From Pseudomonas aeruginosa (lineage in GTDB: Bacteria > Pseudomonadota > Gammaproteobacteria > Pseudomonadales > Pseudomonadaceae), in the NCBI RefSeq assembly GCF_001457615.1, contig NZ_LN831024.1, positions 1,050,001-1,082,000 on the forward strand: DNA of 32,000 nucleotides, given 5' to 3'. Of the stretch, positions 9,298-22,901 are shown one piece after another. The translations under genes and the position numbers were made by a program. The notes below the pieces were generated by a model. The model was not told the origin of the DNA. It saw only the letters and a program-made list of their open reading frames with translations, and made no database searches. Every line of letters begins with the position of its first letter. The first letter of the stretch is position 1.

Positions 9298-9590
9298 GTG
9301 GACGACGAGCGAGACCTGGGGAAACCGGCGTGCAGTGTAACCGAGGCGAAGACCGCCTCCGAGCCTTGTCGATGCCACCTGGTCCGCTCGCCGTGCGCCT
9401 GGTCAGGAACTGATCAACCGTCGCAAGGCCAGGCACGATGCGCTGCGCGAAGCGTTTTTCGCACCTTATCCACAGGCGGTTCCACACGCTTTGTGGAAAT
9501 CCGCCGACGCTCGTCGCGTGGCAGGAACGGCTTCCGGTCGCGCTTGCCCGAAGGTGCGCTAGGCCTTGGCTTCGACAGCCAAGCGCCAGG

Positions 9591-10220
9591 TCAGTGGATC
9601 AGCGAATTGCGCTTGGCGAACTCTGCGAGGTCGACCAGCGAACCCAGGCCGAGCTTCTGCAGCAGGCGGGTCTTGTAGGTGCTGACGGTCTTGTTGCTGA
9701 GGAACAGCTTCTCGCCGATGGCCTTGTTCGAATAGCCCATGGCGAGATGCTGGAGGACGATCATCTCGCGGTCGGAGAGCAGGCCGATAAGCTCGCTTTC
9801 GGAAATGCGTTCCGGCGGGGTGCCGAGGGTATCGAACGTGAGCGAAGGAAAGAACGTGTAGCCAGCGGTCACCGCGTTCAGGGCGTTGATCAGGTTGTTC
9901 AGGTCTTCTTCCTTGTTGACGAACCCACGGGCACCGACCTGGATGCAGCGCTTGCAGAACGCCTCTGCGGATTGCGAAGTGAGTACCAGCACCTGGCTGC
10001 GCAGTCCCAGGGACTTGATCCGCGAGATCACGGTCAGGCCATCGAGTTTGGGAATGCCGATGTCGAGAATCACCACGTCCGGTTCGTGCTCCCGGACCAA
10101 CTGGATGGCATCCACGCCATTGTCCGTCTCGGCGACCACCTGCAGACCATGCTTTTCCAGCAGGACGCGCACGGCGAGACGGATGACGGGGTGGTCGTCG
10201 ACGATCAGGACGGTATGCAT
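9591..10220 (-). CDS. rocA1: NarL/FixJ-family response regulator RocA1 (SadR-like)
   Basis: REC domain (VLIVDDHPVIRLAVRVLLE, DVVILDIGIPKLDG) and LuxR HTH (LSDREMIVLQHLAMGYSNKAIGEKLFLSNKTVSTYKTRLLQKLG), divergent from rocR. Confidence 0.88.
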   Translation of the reverse strand: MHTVLIVDDHPVIRLAVRVLLEKHGLQVVAETDNGVDAIQLVREHEPDVVILDIGIPKLDGLTVISRIKSLGLRSQVLVLTSQSAEAFCKRCIQVGARGFVNKEEDLNNLINALNAVTAGYTFFPSLTFDTLGTPPERISESELIGLLSDREMIVLQHLAMGYSNKAIGEKLFLSNKTVSTYKTRLLQKLGLGSLVDLAEFAKRNSLIH

Positions 10221-10501
10221 AAATTCGATTTACCTTGAGGGACCGGGACAGGGTCGGGATTCGATTTCCCGGGCGCTGCCGCCGGTGGTCATCCATGTTG
10301 GGCGCTAGGCCGAGATCGCCGTCCAGAATAGCCTGTTAAGGCGGGGCGACTCGGTTTTTCATGTGGAACCATGCTAATCCAACCGAACCTCCAAATCAGT
10401 AGGAAAATTCCCACAAAACATGGGGACTTGTCCCATAGGTCTAGTAAGGGAAACACAGCAGTATATCGCCGGTATTTCCTGGAAACCCTGTGTGGACCGT
10501 G

Positions 10502-11680
10502 ATGAATGATTTGAATGTTCTGGTGTTGGAGGATGAGCCTTTTCAGCGCCTGGTAGCCGTCACAGCCCTGAAGAAAGTGGTGCCCGGATCGATCCTCGAG
10601 GCGGCGGACGGCAAGGAGGCGGTGGCGATCCTGGAGTCCTGCGGACACGTCGACATCGCCATCTGCGACCTGCAGATGAGCGGCATGGACGGCCTGGCGT
10701 TCCTTCGCCACGCAAGCCTGAGCGGCAAGGTCCATTCGGTGATCCTCAGCAGCGAGGTGGATCCCATCCTGCGCCAGGCCACCATTTCGATGATCGAGTG
10801 CCTGGGCCTCAATTTTCTCGGCGACCTCGGCAAGCCATTCAGCCTGGAGCGGATCACCGCCCTGTTGACCCGCTACAACGCTCGTCGCCAGGACCTGCCG
10901 CGACAGATCGAAGTCGCCGAGCTGCCCTCCGTGGCGGACGTGGTGCGCGGCCTCGACAACGGCGAGTTCGAAGCCTACTACCAGCCCAAGGTGGCCCTGG
11001 ATGGCGGCGGCCTGATCGGCGCCGAGGTCCTGGCACGCTGGAACCACCCGCATCTCGGCGTATTGCCGCCGTCGCATTTCCTCTATGTGATGGAAACCTA
11101 CAACCTGGTCGACAAGCTGTTCTGGCAACTGTTCAGCCAGGGGCTGGCGACGCGCAGGAAGCTGGCGCAGTTGGGGCAGCCGATCAACCTGGCGTTCAAC
11201 GTCCATCCTTCGCAACTGGGTTCGCGTGCCCTGGCCGAGAACATCTCGGCGTTGCTGACCGAGTTCCACCTGCCGCCCAGTTCGGTGATGTTCGAGATCA
11301 CCGAGACCGGGTTGATCAGCGCTCCTGCCAGCAGCCTGGAGAACCTCGTGCGTCTGCGGATCATGGGCTGCGGCCTGGCGATGGACGATTTCGGCGCCGG
11401 CTATTCGTCCCTCGACCGGCTCTGCGAGTTTCCCTTCAGCCAGATCAAGCTGGACAGAACCTTCGTCCAGAAGATGAAGACCCAGCCCAGGAGTTGCGCC
11501 GTCATCAGCAGTGTCGTGGCGTTGGCGCAGGCGCTGGGAATTTCCCTGGTGGTGGAAGGGGTGGAGAGCGACGAACAACGGGTACGCCTGATCGAACTCG
11601 GTTGCTCCATAGCCCAGGGCTACCTGTTCGCCCGGCCGATGCCGGAACAGCACTTTCTCGACTATTGCTCCGGATCCTGA
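10502..11680 (+). CDS. rocR: RocR: REC-EAL cyclic-di-GMP phosphodiesterase response regulator
   Basis: 392 aa: REC domain, then EAL domain (YYQPKVALDGGGLIGAEVLARW, FEITE, AMDDFGAGYSSLDRL, IKLDRTFV, VVEGVE). The sequence matches RocR as I know it. Confidence 0.95.
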   Translation: MNDLNVLVLEDEPFQRLVAVTALKKVVPGSILEAADGKEAVAILESCGHVDIAICDLQMSGMDGLAFLRHASLSGKVHSVILSSEVDPILRQATISMIECLGLNFLGDLGKPFSLERITALLTRYNARRQDLPRQIEVAELPSVADVVRGLDNGEFEAYYQPKVALDGGGLIGAEVLARWNHPHLGVLPPSHFLYVMETYNLVDKLFWQLFSQGLATRRKLAQLGQPINLAFNVHPSQLGSRALAENISALLTEFHLPPSSVMFEITETGLISAPASSLENLVRLRIMGCGLAMDDFGAGYSSLDRLCEFPFSQIKLDRTFVQKMKTQPRSCAVISSVVALAQALGISLVVEGVESDEQRVRLIELGCSIAQGYLFARPMPEQHFLDYCSGS

Positions 11681-11781
11681 CGCCGCCGCCCTGGCCTCGG
11701 CTGCCTCTAGCCGAACGCCGGGCCTCGCGCCGGACGCGTTTCCTTTCCATACAACTGCCGGCCCTGCCGCACAGACCTTTC

Positions 11782-15420
<3,639 letters not shown>

Positions 15421-15450
15421 CGTGGCCCGCGCCCGTTGCCCGGGCGGTAA

Positions 15451-16830
<1,380 letters not shown>

Positions 16831-16832
16831 AC

Positions 16833-18428
16833 ATGGGCGACGGCGGCGGCGAGGTGCTCTCCTACCATCGCCTCAGCATGCATCGCCCGGAGCGCTACGC
16901 ACCCGGTCCCGGCGGACTGGACTGGGCGACCCAGCCGGCGCCGTTCCGCCAGTACCGGGGCTGCCGGCAAATCGAACTGCTGCATCGGCCGCTGGAGGAG
17001 TCGCCACCCTACGACGGGGTGTTTTCCGGGCCGGCGGCCGCGCCCTCTCGGCTCGATCGCCGCAGCCTCTCGCAGATGCTCTACGACGGATTGGCGCTGT
17101 CGGCCTGGAAGGAGGCCGGCGGCACTCGCTGGGCGCTGCGGGTCAATCCGTCGAGCGGCAACCTGCATCCCACCGAAGCCTACCTGCTGCTTCCCGGCGG
17201 TACCCTGGAGCCGGCGCCGCTGCTCGCCCACTACCGTCCCGACAAGCATGCCCTGGAGGTGCGCGGCGAACTGCCGGCGCCGCTGGCTTCGCTGCTGGAT
17301 GACTGCTTGCCGCCCGGCGGCTGCCTCCTGGCATTGACCAGCGTGCCCTGGCGCGAGGCCTGGAAATACGGTGAGCGAGCCTATCGCTACTGCCAGCATG
17401 ACCTCGGCCACGCGCTGGCCTGCCTCTCGATCGCCGCGGCGATCCAGGGCTGGGAGATGCGCCTGCTGCGCGGCGTCGCCGAAAGCGCACTGGACGGCCT
17501 GTTCGGCCTTGACCGGGACGGCTTCGCCGAGTGCGAGAGCGTCGACGCACTGTTCTGGATCGGGCCGGCGCTCACGCAGGAGCCTTCCCTTTCGCCGCGC
17601 CTGTGCGAAGGACTGGCGGCCCTGCCGTTGGCCGGCGCGCCGAACCGGCTGTCGCGGGAGTACCGGGACTGGCCGGAGTTGCAGCGGATACATGGGCTAT
17701 GTCGGGCGCCGCGCCTGCCGGCACGCCCGTGGAGGGTCGCACCGGGCGAGCCCGGCAACGACAACCCCGGCCTGCCGCTGCGACCGCTGCTGCATCGGCG
17801 GCGTAGCGCGCAGCGCATGGACGGGCGCGCCGGCATCGATGTCGGGCTGCTGCGGGCCTGGCTGCGCAGGCTGCTGCCGGAGCGCTCGCCGGTGCCTTTC
17901 GCGGTCACCGGCGAGGCCGCGCGGGTCGATCTGCTGCTGTTCGTCCATCGCGTCCGGGGCCTGGTGCCGGGGTTGTACTGGCTGGACCGCAGCGGCCTGC
18001 GGCGGCCGCCGATGCGCGAGGACTTCCTCTGGCAGCACGTCGATCCGGAGTTGCCGCTGTACCTGTTGCAGGAAGGCGATGCACGCGCGCTGTCGGCGTA
18101 TCTCTCCTGCCAGCAGGACATCGCCGGCGACGGCTGCGTCGCGCTCGCCATGCTCGCCCATCTCGGCGCGGCGCTCGAAGAAGGTCCCTGGTGCTATCCG
18201 CGGCTGTACTGGGAATGCGGGCAGGTCGGCCAGTTGCTCTACCTCGAGGCGGAGGCCGCCGGGCTGTCTGGGACGGGTATCGGCTGCTACTACGACCCCC
18301 TGGTGCATGAGCTGCTTGGACTAACGGATGAGTCCATGGCCAGTCTCTACCATTTCACCCTCGGCCGCGCGGTGTGGGACACTCGTCTTTGCAACATGCC
18401 CGCGTACCCGGCCATGCGCCGCGACTAG
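16833..18428 (+). CDS. SagB/ThcOx-family FMN-dependent dehydrogenase-like protein with two tandem nitroreductase-like domains
   Basis: 531 aa. Domain 1: LSQMLYDGLALSAWKEAGGTRWALRVNPSSGNLHPTEAYLL. Domain 2: PLLHRRRSAQRMDGRAG...GLVPGLYWLDR...GQLLYLEAEAAGLSGTGIGCYYDPLVHELLGL. Starts 2 bp after the preceding GNAT stop codon. Confidence 0.82.
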   Translation: MGDGGGEVLSYHRLSMHRPERYAPGPGGLDWATQPAPFRQYRGCRQIELLHRPLEESPPYDGVFSGPAAAPSRLDRRSLSQMLYDGLALSAWKEAGGTRWALRVNPSSGNLHPTEAYLLLPGGTLEPAPLLAHYRPDKHALEVRGELPAPLASLLDDCLPPGGCLLALTSVPWREAWKYGERAYRYCQHDLGHALACLSIAAAIQGWEMRLLRGVAESALDGLFGLDRDGFAECESVDALFWIGPALTQEPSLSPRLCEGLAALPLAGAPNRLSREYRDWPELQRIHGLCRAPRLPARPWRVAPGEPGNDNPGLPLRPLLHRRRSAQRMDGRAGIDVGLLRAWLRRLLPERSPVPFAVTGEAARVDLLLFVHRVRGLVPGLYWLDRSGLRRPPMREDFLWQHVDPELPLYLLQEGDARALSAYLSCQQDIAGDGCVALAMLAHLGAALEEGPWCYPRLYWECGQVGQLLYLEAEAAGLSGTGIGCYYDPLVHELLGLTDESMASLYHFTLGRAVWDTRLCNMPAYPAMRRD

Positions 18429-18461
18429 CCCGTCGACAGCCCGAATTCGAGGAAACACCCC

Positions 18462-19331
18462 ATGACCCAGATACTGGACAACCTGGTGGCTTTGCTGAGC
18501 CTGGAACCCATCGAGGAGAACCTGTTCCGGGGCATGAGCCAGGATCTCGGCTTCCGCCAGCTCTATGGCGGCCAGGTCCTGGGGCAGGCGCTGTCGGCGG
18601 CCAGCCAGACGGTGGAGGACGATCGCCACGTACACTCCATGCACGGCTACTTCCTGCGTCCCGGCGACGCCAGCATGCCGGTGGTCTACCAGGTGGACCG
18701 GGTGCGCGACGGCGGCAGCTTCAGCACCCGCCGGGTCACCGCGATCCAGAAAGGCCAGCCGATCTTCACCCTGAGCAGCTCCTTCCAGTACGACGAGGAA
18801 GGTTTCCACCACCAGATCGAGATGCCCGAGGTGGTTGGTCCGGATAATCTGCCTTCGGAACTGGAGCTGACCCGCCAGCGCGCCGAGCGGATTCCCGAGC
18901 GCATCCGCGACAAGCTGCTGTATCCGAAGCCCATCGAGATTCGTCCGGTCACCCAGCACGACCCCTACGACCCGCAGCCCGACGAACCGGTGAAGTACCT
19001 CTGGTTCCGTGCCGACGGCAAGCTGCCGGACGTCCCGGCGCTGCACAAGTACCTGCTGGCCTACGCCTCGGACTTCGGTTTCCTTACCACCTCGATGCAG
19101 CCCCATGCCGTTTCGGTGTGGCAGAAGACCATGCAGGTCGCCAGCCTCGACCACGCCCTGTGGTTCCACCGCGACCTGCGCGCGGACGAGTGGCTGCTCT
19201 ACGCCATCGACAGCCCCTGGGCCGGCAACGCACGCGGTTTCGTGCGCGGCAGCATCTTCAACCAGAGCGGCCAGCTGGTCGCCTCGTCGAGCCAGGAAGG
19301 CCTGATCCGCAAGCGTGAGGACTGGGCGTGA
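18462..19331 (+). CDS. tesB: Acyl-CoA thioesterase II
   Basis: LSLEPIEENLFRGMSQDLGFRQLYGGQVLGQALSAA, HSMHGYFLRPGD, GGSFSTRRVTAIQ, DHALWFHRDLRADEWLLYAIDSPWAGNARGFVRG. Confidence 0.93.
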   Translation: MTQILDNLVALLSLEPIEENLFRGMSQDLGFRQLYGGQVLGQALSAASQTVEDDRHVHSMHGYFLRPGDASMPVVYQVDRVRDGGSFSTRRVTAIQKGQPIFTLSSSFQYDEEGFHHQIEMPEVVGPDNLPSELELTRQRAERIPERIRDKLLYPKPIEIRPVTQHDPYDPQPDEPVKYLWFRADGKLPDVPALHKYLLAYASDFGFLTTSMQPHAVSVWQKTMQVASLDHALWFHRDLRADEWLLYAIDSPWAGNARGFVRGSIFNQSGQLVASSSQEGLIRKREDWA

Positions 19332-19924
19332 GGCTGGCCGACATCCGCCACTGGGTGTTCGACATGGACGGCACCCTGACCCGGGCCGTGCACGACTTCC
19401 CGGCGATCCGCCGAGCGCTGGACATCCCCGAGCAGGACGACATCCTGCTGCACCTCGCCGCCCTGCCCGAGGCCGAGGCGGCGGCCAAGCACGCCTGGCT
19501 GCTCGAACACGAGCGCGCCCTGGCCGAGGCCGCGCGGCCGGCGCCGGGCGCACTGGAACTGGTGCGCGAGTTGCAGCGGCGCGGCGTGCGCCTGGGCATC
19601 CTGACCCGCAACGACCACCAGTTGGCGCTGATCACCCTCGAAGCGATCGGCCTGGGCGGCTGCTTCCCCACCGAGCACATCCTCGGGCGCGGCGAGGCGC
19701 GGCCCAAGCCGGACCCTGATGGCTTGCTGCGCATCGCCCGACGCTGGAACGTGACGCCGGCGGAGCTGGTGATGGTCGGCGACTACCGTTTCGACCTCGA
19801 CTGCGGACGCGCCGCGGGTAGTCGCACGGTGCTGGTCAACCTGCCGGAAAACCCCTGGCCGGAGCTGGCCGACTGGCACGCTGCCGATTGCCATGCGTTG
19901 CTCGAGCAACTGCAAACGCCGTAG
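19328..19924 (+). CDS. HAD-superfamily hydrolase (phosphoglycolate phosphatase-like)
   Basis: HWVFDMDGTLT, GVRLGILTRNDHQLALITLEAIGL, AELVMVGDYRFDLDCGRAAGSRTVLV. GTG start overlaps the tesB stop (GTGA). Confidence 0.88.
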   Translation: MRLADIRHWVFDMDGTLTRAVHDFPAIRRALDIPEQDDILLHLAALPEAEAAAKHAWLLEHERALAEAARPAPGALELVRELQRRGVRLGILTRNDHQLALITLEAIGLGGCFPTEHILGRGEARPKPDPDGLLRIARRWNVTPAELVMVGDYRFDLDCGRAAGSRTVLVNLPENPWPELADWHAADCHALLEQLQTP

Positions 19925-19978
19925 GAATATCCGGCGGAAAACCTCGAGGGCGGCAGCGCCAGCGGCTCCCCGAAAACG

Positions 19979-20014
19979 AAAAAAGCGCAGGAGGCCAGGC
20001 TCCTGCGCTTTTTT
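19979..20014. terminator. Bidirectional Rho-independent terminator between the convergent HAD and HU genes
   Basis: AAAAAA-GCGCAGGAG-GCCAGG-CTCCTGCGC-TTTTTT: 9-bp GC-rich stem, 6-nt loop, A-run and T-run on the two sides. Confidence 0.93.
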
Positions 20015-20047
20015 CCTGCGCATCCGTGCGGGATGCGGCGGCCGTTA

Positions 20048-20329
20048 TCAGCCGTTGATCGCGTCGGTCAGCGCCTTGGCCGGAACGAACTTGGCTACAC
20101 GCTTGGCAGCGATCTCGATCGCCTTGCCGGTCTGCGGGTTGCGGCCGGTGCGCGCGGGACGCTCGGAGACCTTCAGCTTGCCGATACCCGGCAGGGTGAT
20201 TTCGCCATCGTTCTCCAGGGCGTCCTTGACGATCTCGGCGAGCTGGTCGAGCGCGCTGCGAACGGTGGTCTTCTGCGCGTCGATGGCTTCGGCGATGTCC
20301 TGGATCAGTTGGTCTTTGGTCAGTGCCAT
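20048..20329 (-). CDS. HU-family DNA-binding protein (HupN-like third HU paralogue)
   Basis: 93 aa MALTKDQLIQDIAEAIDAQK...ENDGEITLPGIGKLKVSERPARTGRNPQTGKAIEIAAKRVAKFVPAKALTDAING. Confidence 0.9.
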   Translation of the reverse strand: MALTKDQLIQDIAEAIDAQKTTVRSALDQLAEIVKDALENDGEITLPGIGKLKVSERPARTGRNPQTGKAIEIAAKRVAKFVPAKALTDAING

Positions 20330-20698
20330 GGTGGTGTAGCTCCTTGGTAAAAGACTGCGCGAGGGGCCTCGCACAGAAACGGGCGTGATTTTAAACAGCT
20401 TGGCGCGAATAAGGTTCCCTTTTCTCCGCTTATTTGTTTCCTCGCACGACGCGCATGACAGAGCCGTTACAGAGGTTTTCGCGGCTGTCCGGAATGATGC
20501 CGGCGTCGGTTGCCCGACGCATCCTCATGGTTCTGCCAGGGGCGCATGCCTCCGGTTCTTAGTTAAGGATTATTGGTTATTTATAGGTTAGGGTTTCATC
20601 CATTAGGGTTATAAGCAGGACATCCCGTCCCTTTCCATCACCGGAGCCTGCTTACCTCGCGCCAACGCCTGGCCCTCGCTCCCCGTTCGAGGTGCCGC

Positions 20699-21619
20699 AT
20701 GAGCGAAGCCCGGCTCCACTCGCCCGACCCCAGGACACCGCGACCCATGGCCGGTTGGGCGGCAAGCCTGCGCGACAGTGGACTGCTGGCGCTGGCAGTG
20801 CCGCGCGTGTTCGCCGGCATGGAGCGGGACTGGGGGGAAATCTTCGCTGGCGTCCGCCACCTGGCCGAGCAGGAACTCGAGCTGGCACGGCGCCTGGCCC
20901 TGCATCATCTGCAGATCGCTTCCATTCGCCTGCTGGGTAGTCCTGAACAGCAGCGCCGCCTGTTGCCGGCCAGCGTCGAGCGCCGCTGGCTGTGGAGCGA
21001 GGCGGTCGATCTGCGGCGCGCCCAGCCCGAAGCGCAGGAGCACTGGCGGGGCGGTTTCCTGGTGGGTGGACGGGGTAGCGATTGCTTCGCCGTGGAAGAC
21101 GTGGATCGCTTGCTGATCTCAGCCTGGCACGCGCCCTCCCGCGCTCACCTGATCGCTGTCGCCGAAACGGGGCGGGCAGGCATCGACATCTCCGGCCTCG
21201 CCGATGGCTCGGGGCTGTTCTTGCCCGCCGGGCAGCGGCTGCATTACCAGCGGCTGCGGCTGCATCCCGAGGACATCCTGGTGCCGCCCGGCCTGCCGCC
21301 GACCCCGTGCGGGCAACTGCGCGAAGGCTTGACCCGATTGGCCCAGGCCAACCTCGACCTGGGCCAGGCTGCGCGGGTGCCGGGCGACGTGGCGGGGCAG
21401 GGAGAGGCGCCGCGTCTCCTCGCCCTCGCGCTGCGTCTTGTCGAACTGGCGGCGGAGTCCTTCCAGGCGGCATTCGCCCGCGGCGGCGCGCTGACATTCC
21501 GCGAAAGCGCGGCGGCGTCGCTGCTGGCGAGCGAGGCGGAGGCGGTGGCCCGCGCCGGGCTGCTCGCCTGCCTGCGCCGACAGGCCCTGGAAGCCCGTTT
21601 GCTGGGCGCGGCCCTGTAG
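20699..21619 (+). CDS. Acyl-CoA dehydrogenase-like / SfnB-DszC-like flavoprotein, possibly short or divergent
   Basis: LRDSGLLALAVPRVFAGMERDWGEIFAGVRHLAEQELELARRLALHHLQIASIRLLGSPEQQRRLLP resembles the ACAD N-terminal domain. Co-oriented with, and about 200 bp upstream of, the tauABCD-like genes. Confidence 0.6.
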   Translation: MSEARLHSPDPRTPRPMAGWAASLRDSGLLALAVPRVFAGMERDWGEIFAGVRHLAEQELELARRLALHHLQIASIRLLGSPEQQRRLLPASVERRWLWSEAVDLRRAQPEAQEHWRGGFLVGGRGSDCFAVEDVDRLLISAWHAPSRAHLIAVAETGRAGIDISGLADGSGLFLPAGQRLHYQRLRLHPEDILVPPGLPPTPCGQLREGLTRLAQANLDLGQAARVPGDVAGQGEAPRLLALALRLVELAAESFQAAFARGGALTFRESAAASLLASEAEAVARAGLLACLRRQALEARLLGAAL

Positions 21620-21680
21620 GGACGGGGGCATGGAGCAAGGGCGGAATGGCATCCGGGGGCGCATTCGCGCTCATAAACTA

Positions 21681-21722
21681 ATTCCAAAATATTATTTATA
21701 TCGAGTTTTTTATATCTGTAAT
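21681..21722 (+). promoter_or_regulatory. AT-rich putative promoter/regulatory region upstream of tauA
   Basis: ATTCCAAAATATTATTTATATCGAGTTTTTTATATCTGTAA is a sharp AT-rich island in otherwise GC-rich DNA, about 100-140 bp upstream of tauA. Confidence 0.5.
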
Positions 21723-21823
21723 CTGCATCGCACCGGACCACCGGACTTGCTGTCGCCACCCATTGCCCGTCCCTGGTCCGTTCTCCTCCGGAGCGCGGCA
21801 CCGTTGCCTCCGAGGTTCGCCCG

Positions 21824-22837
21824 ATGAAACGCCCGAATTCCCTGCACCGCCTGGTGGCAGCCCTGGCCTTTGCCAGCCTTTCCGTCGCCGCCCAGGCCGC
21901 CGACATCACGGTCGGCTACCAGACCGGCATCGACCCGACCAAGGTGCCCCAGGCCGATGGCCTGTACGAGAAAGCCATCGGCGAGAAGATCGACTGGCGC
22001 CGCTTCAACAGCGGTCCGGAAGTGATCGCCGCGCTCGCCTCCGGAGACCTGCAACTCGGCAACATCGGGTCCAGCCCGCTGGCAGCGGCGACCTCGCGGA
22101 AGCTGCCGATCGTCGCCTTCATCGTTTCCGCGCAGATCAACGCCGCCGAGGCGCTGGTGGTGCGCAATGGAAGCGGGATCGGGAAACCCGAGGACCTGGT
22201 CGGCAAGACTATCGCTACCCCGTTCGTTTCAACCTCCCACTACAGCCTGCTCGGCGCCCTCAAGCACTGGCAGATCGATCCGTCCAAGGTGAAGATCGTC
22301 AACCTCAACCCGGCCGAGATCGCTGCCGCCTGGCGTCGCGGCGACATCGACGGGGCCTTCGTCTGGTCGCCGGCGCTGGGCGAGATCAAGAAAAGCGGCA
22401 AGGTCCTCACCGACGCCGCCGAAGTCGGCCAGTGGGGTGCGCCGACCTTCGAGGTGTGGGTGGCGCGCAAGGACTTCGCCGAGAAGCATCCCGAAATCGT
22501 CGCCCGCTTCGCCCGCGTCAGCCTCGATTCCTTCGCCGACTACAACGCGCACAAGGCCGAATGGACCGCCGACTCCGAGCCGGTGAAGAAGATCGCCCGG
22601 CTGACCGGCGCCGATCCCAGGGACGTCCCCGAACTGCTGGCCGGCTCGACCTTCCCGGAAAGCCAGGCGCAACTGTCCGCCGACCTGCTCGGCGGCGGCA
22701 CCGCCAAGGCTATCGCCGGCACTGCCGAATTCCTCAAGGAACAGAAGCGCGTGCCGGCCGTCCTCGGCGACTACTCGCCCTACGTCAGCGCCGACTTCGT
22801 GCGCCAGGCGGAGCAGGTCCAGGTCGGCCAGCGCTGA
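21824..22837 (+). CDS. tauA: Taurine/sulfonate ABC transporter periplasmic binding protein
   Basis: Signal peptide and ADITVGYQTGIDPTKVPQADGLYEKAIGEKIDWRRFNSGPEVIAALASGDLQLGNIGSSPLAAATSR, typical of TauA. Confidence 0.9.
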   Translation: MKRPNSLHRLVAALAFASLSVAAQAADITVGYQTGIDPTKVPQADGLYEKAIGEKIDWRRFNSGPEVIAALASGDLQLGNIGSSPLAAATSRKLPIVAFIVSAQINAAEALVVRNGSGIGKPEDLVGKTIATPFVSTSHYSLLGALKHWQIDPSKVKIVNLNPAEIAAAWRRGDIDGAFVWSPALGEIKKSGKVLTDAAEVGQWGAPTFEVWVARKDFAEKHPEIVARFARVSLDSFADYNAHKAEWTADSEPVKKIARLTGADPRDVPELLAGSTFPESQAQLSADLLGGGTAKAIAGTAEFLKEQKRVPAVLGDYSPYVSADFVRQAEQVQVGQR

Positions 22838-22901
22838 ATTCCGCGACTCCGCTCCGGCCTGTCGGAGCGGAGGCTTTCTTACCCTACGGAGGGCAGAACA
22901 C

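Noticed and set aside
7993-9678. 561-aa plus-strand ORF
   Set aside because: Antisense to the flavoprotein gene, which has clear FAD motifs. Composition is typical of a GC-rich shadow ORF.
10798-11781. Upstream part of the 1540-aa plus-strand ORF before rocS1
   Set aside because: Out of frame with, and overlapping, rocR. The real rocS1 starts at the signal peptide MRSKLFLLFFCLLL (11782).
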